From the NCBI GenBank assembly GCA_048538275.1, contig JBLYPW010000001.1, forward strand, positions 212,919-276,918: DNA of 64,000 nucleotides, written 5' to 3'. Each line of letters starts with the position of its first letter. Position 1 is the first letter of the stretch. A model generated the notes under the pieces. It worked only from the letters and a program-made list of their open reading frames with translations. It was not told the origin of the DNA and searched no databases. Position numbers and translations under genes: made by a program. The stretch comes from Candidatus Komeilibacteria bacterium. GTDB taxonomy: Bacteria; Patescibacteriota; Patescibacteriia; UBA1558. This document shows positions 17,169 to 26,948 of this stretch, piece by piece.

Positions 17169-19700
17169 ATGAATATTTTTTCTAATAAATTGTTTTTAAC
17201 ATCATTGGGCTTGCTTGTATTTATGCCTTTGATTGCTAATGCCGCTATTAGTAATAGTTGTCAGGAAGAATTATTACTTACCAATAATACTGACATCTCT
17301 TTATCTAATATTGAATATTCCGGGATGACACCGGCAAGTGGTTTTTATTTTTTGGACAAAGTCGGTGATTGGACAAAGCTTCATTTATTTTCTGTGACCA
17401 CCGATGCTAAGTTAAATACATTATTAGATCAGGCGGAGGAGAAAATAGGTGAGCTGGAGTTATTACAAAAGCAAAATAATTTAAAATCTCGCTATTTGGA
17501 TATATTAACCACCGCATATACTGACATCATGAGCCAAGTAGATAGTAAATTGGCAGAATTGCAAAATAAAAATGTTGATATGACGGCGGTGATGACACGC
17601 ATCACCCAGCTAAATATGCGTAATAAGGCAATTTTGAGCCGGGTTTTATCCGCTAGTACCAGTGAACAACAAAGTAAATTAAATTTGGCTTATCAGCAGA
17701 CAGCTGACAGTTTTTGTACATCAATAAATACTTGGCAAGAGAGAACCAGCCAATGCCATGATGACATTGTTGTCCAGCAAACTTTAAATTCTTCTTTTAA
17801 TAATATTTCTAACACTATCAGCCAAGCCGAGCAGGCGGTGAAAAATTTACAACCCACTATTGATATTATAAAAGATAGGACGCAAATATTAGATAAATTT
17901 ATTCAGTCAGTTGACGCCGGTTTTCTTGATTTGCAGCTTTTGTTGCAAGAAAAAAGTGATGATCGGGAGGCGCGCTTGCAAAAATTTATGCAATATGTTT
18001 CTGATTGGCTAAATAGTGAGCAGTATCAGCTATTGCATAAAGACATAGAACGCATGAATAATTTTGCTTTTTTAGTGGGTGGGTCGCAACAACAACAGAC
18101 CTTAATGCAAAATTGGCGAGAGCATGACATTAGTTTAACGAGGTTATTGTCAAGGCTAGATAGTTTGCGCAATATATCTATCAATGATGAGGCGGCTGTT
18201 ATCGGTAATAGCTTGTACGCTTTACAATTAAAAGCTTATGATGACGAATTATTAGCCTTAGCTGCTTATATTGCTGAGGATAAAATAGCAGTAGAAGAGC
18301 TAAATGCGGAGGTGCAATTTTGTGCTAAACAATTTTCTAGCATGAACGACGCTCGGGCGTATTTAGAAAAAGATAATCCCAGCAGAGCTTTATCTATTTT
18401 TGTAGAAATTAATAAATCTTTATTAAATAATAATAATAAAATATTAGTTGGTTGTGGCATGAGTGATATAGTGGGTAATGCGCAAAATATTTTACAAAAT
18501 AGTCAGATCTTAGCTGGCGCTGATAAATGTGGCAAGGATATGTATAATATGTATAAAGATGAATTAATTTCTTTGTTTAAGTATGATTTAGAACAAGCGA
18601 ATTTAGTCAATAGTTATGCCAGTAAGGTACAAATTTTACAGCAGCAATCTTTAGAGCAATTAGTCAAGCAAAAATCTATGATTGAAGAGGCTAAGAAAGC
18701 TTTAGCTCAGCCTAAGTTAGAGAACGACGAGGCTTTGTGGGCTTTTTTGGCAGAGCATCTCAAAGATATTAATAATAATTTATTAGATATCAGTAAGAGG
18801 TATCATAATTTATTTGATCAGTTGACTCAATTGTCAAATGATTGGCAATTGTGGCTGAAAAATTTCTATTCTATCAGAGACGTTTTGCCTGCCTTGCGAG
18901 AACAAATAGATCATAAACAAGTAGCTGTTGTACAACAAACATTGGATTTGAATATTTATCCTATTGTAGAAAAGCAGCTTAGTGGGGCAAGAATAACGCC
19001 TCTTACTGGGCAATTATCCTTGAATACAGCTCATCTGGCTTGGGCCAATAAGCACTGGCAGACAGAAGAAAGCAAGGCTTATGAGGATATTGTTTCAGCG
19101 ATTAAGCAGGCTGCTATAGCAATAGGTAAAAATACTTGCGCGCAAGGCATGGCCATCTACAATAGTTCTGTGCCGGGCATTTGTAGTAGTTTAGCCCAAT
19201 TAGATTGGATTAATAGTTGTCAGGTAATAAATAATATAGAGAAGCAAGTTACTCTGGCTTGTACTCCTGATGCTCAACTTTTATGTGGTAATGGTGTGGT
19301 GGATGATGGTGAGCAGTGTGATGATGGCAATGCTATTTCCGGAGATGGCTGTAATAAAGTATGCCAAAAGGAGCAGATTTTATATTGTGGTGATGGGATA
19401 ATCAGTCACCCCAATAGTTCTGGCATTGATGAACAATGTGAAAATCAGCCGGCTAATAAATTATCCGGAGATGGCTGTAGCACTAATTGTCAGAATGAAG
19501 CAGCACCAGTTTGTGGTGATGGTATTTTACAACGAATGATAGATCAAGCAACGACTAGTACTTTTGCCAGCGCTACCTCTGCATATTATGAGCAGTGTGA
19601 TGATGGTAATTTATTACCCGGTGATGGGTGTAACAATTTGTGCCAAATAGAAGCGGGTAGTGCGCAACGTAGTATTAATATATTACAAACTAAACCATAA
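17169..19700 (+). CDS. Secreted coiled-coil protein with DUF5667-like N-domain and three Myxococcus-type Cys-rich repeats
   Basis: Signal peptide, GMTPASGFYFLDK..EEKIGE, long helical body, CGNG/CGDG...EQCDDGN..GDGC repeats. Confidence 0.75.
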   Translation: MNIFSNKLFLTSLGLLVFMPLIANAAISNSCQEELLLTNNTDISLSNIEYSGMTPASGFYFLDKVGDWTKLHLFSVTTDAKLNTLLDQAEEKIGELELLQKQNNLKSRYLDILTTAYTDIMSQVDSKLAELQNKNVDMTAVMTRITQLNMRNKAILSRVLSASTSEQQSKLNLAYQQTADSFCTSINTWQERTSQCHDDIVVQQTLNSSFNNISNTISQAEQAVKNLQPTIDIIKDRTQILDKFIQSVDAGFLDLQLLLQEKSDDREARLQKFMQYVSDWLNSEQYQLLHKDIERMNNFAFLVGGSQQQQTLMQNWREHDISLTRLLSRLDSLRNISINDEAAVIGNSLYALQLKAYDDELLALAAYIAEDKIAVEELNAEVQFCAKQFSSMNDARAYLEKDNPSRALSIFVEINKSLLNNNNKILVGCGMSDIVGNAQNILQNSQILAGADKCGKDMYNMYKDELISLFKYDLEQANLVNSYASKVQILQQQSLEQLVKQKSMIEEAKKALAQPKLENDEALWAFLAEHLKDINNNLLDISKRYHNLFDQLTQLSNDWQLWLKNFYSIRDVLPALREQIDHKQVAVVQQTLDLNIYPIVEKQLSGARITPLTGQLSLNTAHLAWANKHWQTEESKAYEDIVSAIKQAAIAIGKNTCAQGMAIYNSSVPGICSSLAQLDWINSCQVINNIEKQVTLACTPDAQLLCGNGVVDDGEQCDDGNAISGDGCNKVCQKEQILYCGDGIISHPNSSGIDEQCENQPANKLSGDGCSTNCQNEAAPVCGDGILQRMIDQATTSTFASATSAYYEQCDDGNLLPGDGCNNLCQIEAGSAQRSINILQTKP

Positions 19701-19722
19701 TAAATATATAAATCATAAATTT

Positions 19723-20517
19723 ATGTTTGAAGATTTTGATGATAAAATAAAAGATAATAAACCGCCTACTTCACCGGAGATTCCTAGGCAACCAGATAGT
19801 ATCCCCGTGGCAAATAATCAATCAGCGGAAAAAGAGCCGGAAGATATTTTTGCCAATGTTGAAAAGGATCAAATGTCTAAACCAACGCAGCCACCCAGGC
19901 CAGCGCAAGCGCCAGGCCAGCCAAAAGATATTGGGCCAGCTAAGCCTTTACAAGCCATGCCAGCGGCGGATGGCGCCAGCCAGACTGGTCATAAACGTTG
20001 GTTATGGGCAGTCATAGGATTGGTGGTGATTGTGGCGATCGGTATTTGGTGGTGGAGCGCTTATAGCACGCCTGATAATTATAGTGATTTGGTCAATAAC
20101 CCCCTTGATAACCAGATGAATAACCAGATGAATAACCAGATTAATAATGCCCCTACAGATTTGGTGAATAATCAGCCGGTTGATATACCGACTGATAACC
20201 AGTTGGATAATAATTCTGGAGAGATTATAAATCAGCCAATAGATAATGTTGATCAGCCCAGCGCTAATCCAGATATCAATATTGATACAGATGGTGATGG
20301 TTTGACAGATAAGCAAGAGGCCACCATTGGTACCGATCCTAGTCAAGCAGATAGTGATGCGGATGGTTTGTTTGATAAGGAAGAGGTGGTAACTTATAAT
20401 ACCGATCCTTTGAACCCGGATACAGATGGTGATGGTTATGCGGATGGCTTGGAAGTGCAAAGTGGCTATAATCCAGCCGGTGAGGGTAAGTTATTAAATA
20501 TTCCTACCGATCAATAA
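19723..20517 (+). CDS. Single-TM protein with thrombospondin type-3-like Ca-binding repeats
   Basis: ATG MFEDF; Pro-rich N-terminus, TM, N/Q linker, DTDGDGLTD..E...GTDP-type repeats x3. Confidence 0.8.
   Translation: MFEDFDDKIKDNKPPTSPEIPRQPDSIPVANNQSAEKEPEDIFANVEKDQMSKPTQPPRPAQAPGQPKDIGPAKPLQAMPAADGASQTGHKRWLWAVIGLVVIVAIGIWWWSAYSTPDNYSDLVNNPLDNQMNNQMNNQINNAPTDLVNNQPVDIPTDNQLDNNSGEIINQPIDNVDQPSANPDINIDTDGDGLTDKQEATIGTDPSQADSDADGLFDKEEVVTYNTDPLNPDTDGDGYADGLEVQSGYNPAGEGKLLNIPTDQ
20108..20143 (+). repeat. In-frame 12-bp tandem repeat x3 (NQMN)
   Basis: ATAACCAGATGA ATAACCAGATGA ATAACCAGATTA. Confidence 0.85.
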
Positions 20518-20521
20518 TTTT

Positions 20522-22117
20522 ATGGCTCAATTAATAGATAATAAAGCAATTAATCAGGACGATTCTTCAGCCAGCGGCAATATTTATACTATGCCCGCTA
20601 AATTTACTAAGCCGACCAATTCTAAGAGTAGTCGCAAGATTTTTATTATAGCCGCTATTATAGTCGGTTTGGTGGTGATAGCCGGAGGGGCTTATTGGTT
20701 TATCAATGCTATGCAAGTGCCAACTGATAATATAGTAATAAACGATCAAAGGTTAAACAATAACATGCTATTAAATAATAGCGTTGCAGTTGATAATAAT
20801 ATTAATGAACAACAATCCCCGGTCAGTGATGACATTGAACAGGAAAGAGATGAGCAGCGCTTGCAAGATATTTTTTCTTTGCGCTCTGCCTTGGCGATAT
20901 ATTATGTCAGCGAGAAGGTATATCCAGATAAACTAGAAGATTTGATCCCAACTTATTTACAAGAATTACCCCAAGACCCGCTAGCTGATTCACAAAATTA
21001 CGTTTATATCGGTGCTGGGGATCAAACAAGTTATCAAATAAATTTTTCTTTAGAATCTGGTGGAAAGGTTGGTAATTTAAATTTACCTGCCGGTGATTAT
21101 GTCGCTCGAGCGGATATGATAGAGCCGTTGGTACCTGATGTATCAGAGGATGATAATGACAATGCTTCTGTGGATGATATGGAATTATTGGCCGGATTGG
21201 ATAGTGATAGAGATGCTTTGAGTGATATTGAGGAGAATATATATAAAACCGATGCGGCTTTGGTAGATACAGATGGCGATGGTTATTCTGATGCTAATGA
21301 ATTGGTCAAGCTTTTTGATCCTGCTTTGCCGGACGGTGCCTTATTGGTTGATTCTGCTAATGTATCAGAATATTTCAATAGCAATTACAATTATAGTATT
21401 TATTATCCTACCGTTTGGAACGAACGTGAGCTGACAGAGGATAAAGCAGAAGTTTTGTTTAGTTCAGCTACCACGGAAATGATTCAAGTAATAGTGCAGG
21501 ACAATCCCTTGGGTTTGTCGGCTCGTGATTGGTATATAAAGAATAATCCTGAGATTGACCCTAGTGGCTTACAGGATGTCGTTTTTGATAATATGGTTGG
21601 AGTACAAACAGAAGATGGTTTGCACACTTATTTAGCTTTGGGTAGCGATATTTATGTTTTAGTTTATAATTTAGGCACTACCAATCAGCTCAATTATTTA
21701 GCTACTTATCAAATGATGTTGGCCAGCTTCAAATTAGTAGAGCCAGCCTCTAATGATCCAGCGGTATTGCGTGATCAACAACGTCAGCAAGATGTTTCTA
21801 ATTGGCGCTTGGCTTTGCTTAGTTATCAAGTAGATAACTTATCCTTGCCTGATAGTATAGATGCTGATGTTGATACTTTTCAAATATTAGGTAATGGGTC
21901 AGATTGTGCGATGACTTGTTCTGCTGTGACCACTGCTACGGCTTGTGTAGATATGAGTGGTATTTTAGTGCCTAGTTATTTAGAGTCATTGCCTCAGGAC
22001 CCCAGCACCGGATCAATGGCTAATACTGGATATTATGTAAATTTATTGACAGACGGCACGGTGATTGTTGGTGCTTGCCAGCCTGAGACAATGGATATTA
22101 TTGAGGTGAGTAATTAG
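20522..22117 (+). CDS. Single-TM protein with two GspG/type IV pilin-like head domains, TSP3-like repeats and a PsbP-like domain
   Basis: RDEQRLQDI..L..Y..YP..L.P.YL..LPQDP and RDQQRQQDV..LVPSYLESLPQDP; DTDGDGYSD; YSIYYPTVW. Confidence 0.7.
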   Translation: MAQLIDNKAINQDDSSASGNIYTMPAKFTKPTNSKSSRKIFIIAAIIVGLVVIAGGAYWFINAMQVPTDNIVINDQRLNNNMLLNNSVAVDNNINEQQSPVSDDIEQERDEQRLQDIFSLRSALAIYYVSEKVYPDKLEDLIPTYLQELPQDPLADSQNYVYIGAGDQTSYQINFSLESGGKVGNLNLPAGDYVARADMIEPLVPDVSEDDNDNASVDDMELLAGLDSDRDALSDIEENIYKTDAALVDTDGDGYSDANELVKLFDPALPDGALLVDSANVSEYFNSNYNYSIYYPTVWNERELTEDKAEVLFSSATTEMIQVIVQDNPLGLSARDWYIKNNPEIDPSGLQDVVFDNMVGVQTEDGLHTYLALGSDIYVLVYNLGTTNQLNYLATYQMMLASFKLVEPASNDPAVLRDQQRQQDVSNWRLALLSYQVDNLSLPDSIDADVDTFQILGNGSDCAMTCSAVTTATACVDMSGILVPSYLESLPQDPSTGSMANTGYYVNLLTDGTVIVGACQPETMDIIEVSN

Positions 22118-22118
22118 T

Positions 22119-22544
22119 ATGTCGTCACTGACTGTGTCATCTGTCGGTGGAGTTCAACTGTCTAGTAGCTATCGTCAGGTCCTAAGGAAGGCAATACAAG
22201 TTGCTGCTCGCCAATTGAAATTAACTTTTCCCCTAAATGTAGTGGTGGTGGATCCGTCTACTAGCCGTAAATTGAATAGTCGTTATCGGGGAGTAAAGAA
22301 AGCGACCGACGTGTTGTCTTTTTTTTATGAACCAAAGCCTCTGAGCGGTGAAATTATTATTTGTTATGATATAGCCAGGCGTCAGGCTAAAGAATTGGGA
22401 CATAGTATTACTACCGAGTTGGCGCAATTGGCTATTCACGCTTGTGCTCATATTGCCGGCTATGATCATGAACTGGACAAAGACAAAAAAATTATGAGCA
22501 AAATTGAAGATAAAATTTGGCATAAATATGAGCAAACGAATTAA
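22119..22544 (+). CDS. ybeY: rRNA maturation endoribonuclease YbeY
   Basis: LNSRYRG..ATDVLSF, GEIII, HACAHIAGYDH. Confidence 0.93.
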   Translation: MSSLTVSSVGGVQLSSSYRQVLRKAIQVAARQLKLTFPLNVVVVDPSTSRKLNSRYRGVKKATDVLSFFYEPKPLSGEIIICYDIARRQAKELGHSITTELAQLAIHACAHIAGYDHELDKDKKIMSKIEDKIWHKYEQTN

Positions 22545-22887
22545 ACATTTTGGCAGAAGTTTACGCAGAGCGGGTAAGGGTTTGGCCTTGGTCTGGCGTA
22601 CAGAAAGTAATTTTCGTTGGGAGATTGTGATTGCTATGATTGTGATAGCGGCAATGTTATACTGGCAGGTAACTTTGAAGGAAGCCATTATTTTAATATT
22701 AATCATTACTTTAGTATTAATTTTAGAAATCATTAATTCTGTACTAGAGCGGGTAATGGACATCCTCAAGCCCAAAATATCAGCCTATGTGGCGGTATTG
22801 AAGGATATGATGGCGGCTACCGTTTTATTAGCCAGTATTTGTGCTATCATCATTGGCCTGTTTATTTTCTTACCTTATATATTCTAG
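22528..22887 (+). CDS. dgkA: Diacylglycerol/undecaprenol kinase
   Basis: ESNFR, EIINSVLERVMD, KDMMAATVL; follows ybeY. Confidence 0.9.
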   Translation: MSKRIKHFGRSLRRAGKGLALVWRTESNFRWEIVIAMIVIAAMLYWQVTLKEAIILILIITLVLILEIINSVLERVMDILKPKISAYVAVLKDMMAATVLLASICAIIIGLFIFLPYIF

Positions 22888-23027
22888 AAAAAAGTTAAAA
22901 TATTTTTAGAATCAAAGTTGATAATAAAGAACAAATTAATTGTTCAAGAAAATTCGGGTGTTTAGTTGGCAGCAATGCTATATTTTGTTATAATTTTAAT
23001 AGTCAATTATAACTTTTTTCTTAATTT

Positions 23028-24272
23028 ATGGCGCATTCGGAAATTGTTACCGGTATAGACATAGGTACCAGTAAAGTGAGAATAGTAACCTTACAACATT
23101 TACCTGAAGGGGGAATGCAAGTTATTGGTGCTGCGGAGCATGACATGGAAGGCATGGCAAAGGGCTCTATCAAATCTATTGAAGAGGCTGTCTCCAGCAT
23201 ATCAGAGTGTTTGGAAAAAGCAGAAAGGATGATAGGCGCACCGATTGAGAATGCCATTATTGGTATTTCAGGTAGTCATATTATTACTCAGGAAAGTAAA
23301 GGGGTGGTTGCGGTAGCCAAAGCCAATGGTGAAATTCAAGAAGATGATGTTGATAGAGTGATAGAAGCCGCTCAAACAGTTGCGACGCCGCCCAACTATG
23401 AGATTTTACATATCATCCCGAAAGATTTTACTGTAGATAGCCAAACAAACATTAAAGATCCGGTTGGTTTGACCGGTATTCGTTTGGAGGTTAACGCTCA
23501 GATGATTTTGGGCCTGACCGCCCAAATTCGTAATTTAACTAAGTGTATTTATCGTACGGGAGTGGATATTGTAGATTTAGTTTTTTCTATTTTAGCAAAT
23601 AGTGAGAGTACATTAACCAAGAAGCAGAAAGAGCTGGGCGTGTGTTTATTGAATATTGGCGCGGCTACTACTTCATTGGTTGTGTTTGAGGAAGGTAATA
23701 TTTTGCACAGTAAAATTTTACCAATTGGTTCCAATCATATTACCAATGATTTGGCCATTGGCTTACGTACAGCAATTCCTACGGCTGAGATAGTAAAGTT
23801 GGAATATGGTCAGGCGATAGCCAAGGACGTGCCCAAAAGAGATGAAATAGATTTGTCAGATATTGCAGATACAGAAAAAGTCGGTTCTAATATTTCTTTG
23901 CGTCATGTCGCAGAAATTATCCAAGCCAGAGTGGAAGAAATTTTTGACATGGTAAATGGGGAATTGCGGGTAATTAAGAGGGACGGCATGTTGCCATCGG
24001 GTATAGTCATTACTGGCGGAGGATCAAAATTACCAGGCTTGATAGAGTTGGCTAAACAGCAGCTCAATTTACCAGCTTTTTTGGGCTATCCTTTGTCGGT
24101 GGACACTACTATTGATAAGATAAATGATCCAGAATATACCCAAGCTTTGGGCCTAGCTTTGTGGGGAACCAAACAAAGTAATAGTAAGACTGGTTTACGT
24201 TTGGGCAGTTTTTCTTCTGTAGAAAAAACAGTAGGTAGTATCAAGGATTGGTTCCAATCATTATTACCATAA
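23028..24272 (+). CDS. ftsA: Cell division protein FtsA
   Basis: GIDIGTSKV, DPVGLTGIRLEV, VITGGGSKLPG. Confidence 0.97.
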   Translation: MAHSEIVTGIDIGTSKVRIVTLQHLPEGGMQVIGAAEHDMEGMAKGSIKSIEEAVSSISECLEKAERMIGAPIENAIIGISGSHIITQESKGVVAVAKANGEIQEDDVDRVIEAAQTVATPPNYEILHIIPKDFTVDSQTNIKDPVGLTGIRLEVNAQMILGLTAQIRNLTKCIYRTGVDIVDLVFSILANSESTLTKKQKELGVCLLNIGAATTSLVVFEEGNILHSKILPIGSNHITNDLAIGLRTAIPTAEIVKLEYGQAIAKDVPKRDEIDLSDIADTEKVGSNISLRHVAEIIQARVEEIFDMVNGELRVIKRDGMLPSGIVITGGGSKLPGLIELAKQQLNLPAFLGYPLSVDTTIDKINDPEYTQALGLALWGTKQSNSKTGLRLGSFSSVEKTVGSIKDWFQSLLP

Positions 24273-24398
24273 AAGTTGTAGTCTATAAGTTTTGATTGCA
24301 ATTTGGTGTATAAATTTTATTAGATAAAAACTTGAACAATAATATTAATAAAATTATTTATAGTATATTGTAACACCATTAGTATTAAATTTTAGTAT

Positions 24399-25586
24399 AT
24401 GGCTAAATCAACCAAGAGTAAATCAATGGAAATCAAGCCCGATATAGAGACTTTTGCCAAGATCAAAGTGGCGGGAGTGGGTGGTTCTGGCGGCGCTGCG
24501 GTCAATCGTATGGTTCGCGCCGGTATTCGGGGAGTAGAATTTGTTTCTGTTAATACAGATGCGCAGGCTTTAAATAGTACAGAGGCTCATAAAAAGATAC
24601 ATATTGGCAAAGAAACTACGCGTGGTTTGGGTGCGGGCATGGATCCAGAAGTCGGCATGCGCGCTGCCGAGGAAGATAAAGAGGATATTAAAAAAGTATT
24701 ACAGGACGCGGATATGGTTTTTATCACTTGTGGTTTGGGTGGTGGCACCGGTAGTGGCGCTGCGCCTATTGTGGCAGAGGTAGCTAAAGATTTGGGAGCT
24801 TTAACGGTAGCGGTAGTAACTAAGCCTTTTGCTTTTGAAGGCGCGCAACGACGCAATATAGCTGATCGCGCATTGGATAATTTGGTTGATAAGGTTGATA
24901 CTATTATCACCATCCCCAATGATCGCCTGCTTCAAGTTATAGATAAAAAAACTTCATTATTGGATGCCTTTGCCATTGTGGATGAGGTTTTGAAACAAGG
25001 TGTGCAGGGCATCTCAGAGCTTATTACCATCCCTGGCTTGGTTAATGTAGATTTCGCTGATGTTAAATCTATTATGAAAGACGCCGGTAGCGCTTTGATG
25101 GGTATTGGTCGGGCATCTGGTGAGAATCGGGCGACAGAAGCAGCTAAGCTAGCGATTGACAGTCCGCTGTTGGAAATGTCTATCAAGGGTGCTAAGGGCG
25201 TGCTCTTTACTATTGCGGGTGATACGACTATGACCATGCACGAAGTCAATGAAGCGGCTGAGGTAGTAACTTCGGCTTTGGATCCAAATGCGCGTGTTAT
25301 TTTTGGCGCGGTGTTAGATGAGAATATGGATGATGAGCTTAAAATTACAGTTATTGCTACCGGTTTCAATACCAACAAATCTATGGATGAAGTCGCGGGT
25401 ATGAAATCTTATACCCCTAATCCGGTTGTAGATAAAGTAGAACGCAAGACTCGCCAGTCAGATAGTGAGGATGAAGTATCTAGCAGACCGGAAATATTTA
25501 AAAAGAAAAAAGAAAATAAAGAAGTTGTGGAAGAAGAAGACAGCGAATTGGACATCCCCACTTTTATAAGAAAAAAAATGAACTAA
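24399..25586 (+). CDS. ftsZ: Cell division protein FtsZ
   Basis: GLGGGTGSGAAP, NVDFADV, C-terminal LDIPTFIRK. Confidence 0.99.
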   Translation: MAKSTKSKSMEIKPDIETFAKIKVAGVGGSGGAAVNRMVRAGIRGVEFVSVNTDAQALNSTEAHKKIHIGKETTRGLGAGMDPEVGMRAAEEDKEDIKKVLQDADMVFITCGLGGGTGSGAAPIVAEVAKDLGALTVAVVTKPFAFEGAQRRNIADRALDNLVDKVDTIITIPNDRLLQVIDKKTSLLDAFAIVDEVLKQGVQGISELITIPGLVNVDFADVKSIMKDAGSALMGIGRASGENRATEAAKLAIDSPLLEMSIKGAKGVLFTIAGDTTMTMHEVNEAAEVVTSALDPNARVIFGAVLDENMDDELKITVIATGFNTNKSMDEVAGMKSYTPNPVVDKVERKTRQSDSEDEVSSRPEIFKKKKENKEVVEEEDSELDIPTFIRKKMN

Positions 25587-26045
25587 ATGCATTGCCCCGT
25601 CTGTTTATATAAAGATACCAAAGTTTTGGATTCGCGCATGGTGGCTGATGGTTTTGCTATTCGTAGACGTCGGGAGTGTATCCGTTGTAATTATCGTTTT
25701 TCTACGCAGGAGGAAATTGAATTGCTGAATTTGACTGTGATAAAAAGAGACGGTCGGCGAGAAGCTTATAGTCGAGAAAAAATGCAGAGTGGAGTAAAAA
25801 AATCATTGGAAAAGCGATCATTTACACAGGAGGCTTTTAGGAAATTACTCAATGGTATAGAACGCGATATTCAGAAAAAACGAAAGGATGAAATTACTAG
25901 TGGTGACATTGGTGAAATCGTAGCACGTCATTTGAAGAAATTTGATAAAGTTGCTTATATTCGTTTTGCTTCGGTATATTATTCTTTTGAGAATGTTGAT
26001 TCTTTTCAAGAAGTACTAAAAACATTAAAACGGAGAAGGAAATAA
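25587..26045 (+). CDS. nrdR: Transcriptional repressor NrdR
   Basis: MHCPVC..TKVLDSR..IRRRREC Zn ribbon, ATP cone, VAYIRFASVY. Confidence 0.97.
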   Translation: MHCPVCLYKDTKVLDSRMVADGFAIRRRRECIRCNYRFSTQEEIELLNLTVIKRDGRREAYSREKMQSGVKKSLEKRSFTQEAFRKLLNGIERDIQKKRKDEITSGDIGEIVARHLKKFDKVAYIRFASVYYSFENVDSFQEVLKTLKRRRK

Positions 26046-26049
26046 TACT

Positions 26050-26523
26050 ATGAAACAATCATTAAGTATGCCCATTCGTATTGTTTTAGTCTTGGCAGTC
26101 GCCTTGATTGTTTGGATTGTGGGCGTGATGGTGGGACAAGAAAATACCGTTACCATTCTCAATCCGGATACTTCTTATACGGGTATGCATACTAATACTC
26201 AAGGTACTGTCAATATTATGATTGATTATAATAATGGTGATATTGCTACATACAATAATTTACCCTTAGCTACCAATCATAGTTTGTGGGCCGTAGTGAA
26301 GCGCTTGGCTGATCAAGAGCATATACCATTGAGTTATAATGATGATTTTGATACCGTTGGTCTGCAGTGGTGGCGTTTGGCCGGCCGTGGTAATGTTCAA
26401 GGGGGGATTCAGTGGCATGTTTGGGTAAATAATGTTTATCAGAATAAGTCTTGGGATAAAATTGAGCTTAAACCGGGTGACATAGTAAGTTTTAAGCATT
26501 TATATTATCAAGTCAATGACTAA
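26050..26523 (+). CDS. Membrane-anchored hypothetical protein (DUF4430-like)
   Basis: N-terminal TM; WHVWVNN...LKPGDIVSF C-terminal motif. Confidence 0.6.
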   Translation: MKQSLSMPIRIVLVLAVALIVWIVGVMVGQENTVTILNPDTSYTGMHTNTQGTVNIMIDYNNGDIATYNNLPLATNHSLWAVVKRLADQEHIPLSYNDDFDTVGLQWWRLAGRGNVQGGIQWHVWVNNVYQNKSWDKIELKPGDIVSFKHLYYQVND

Positions 26524-26845
26524 TTTTGCCGGAGCTTCTCCCGACGAACAAAATAAACGTCTCTTGGAGGAGAACTTAGCTATCAGTCAAGAGATACGTG
26601 CTGAAATTCAGCGCATTCGTCGTTATATTCTTTGGGGTAGAATTATGACAGCAGTACAATTTTTATTGATAATAGTGCCTATTATTTTGGGTATTATTTA
26701 TTTACCACCCCTTGTGCAACAGTTTATTGGTAGTTTTAGTAGTTTGGGTGGTGCTAATGGTAGCATACCTGGGCAAGTAACAGATCCTAGTACCTGGCAA
26801 GGATTATTAGAGCAATATAAAGGAGTGCTTGATCTCTATAAGTAA
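26516..26845 (+). CDS. Hypothetical single-TM protein
   Basis: LLEENL..IRRYILW then TM IIVPIILGIIYLPP; overlaps upstream gene. Confidence 0.7.
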   Translation: MTNFAGASPDEQNKRLLEENLAISQEIRAEIQRIRRYILWGRIMTAVQFLLIIVPIILGIIYLPPLVQQFIGSFSSLGGANGSIPGQVTDPSTWQGLLEQYKGVLDLYK

Positions 26846-26948
26846 TTATATATATAATAATATAACCATTGTTCAAAGCGGGGGTTAATTTGGACGTTTT
26901 TTAGTTTCATTGATGCTAAAATATTACTAATAATTAACCTGATATTAT

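Noticed and set aside
20108-20143. 12-bp tandem repeat as a phase-variation switch
   Set aside because: Unit is a multiple of 3 in a low-complexity linker; changes length only
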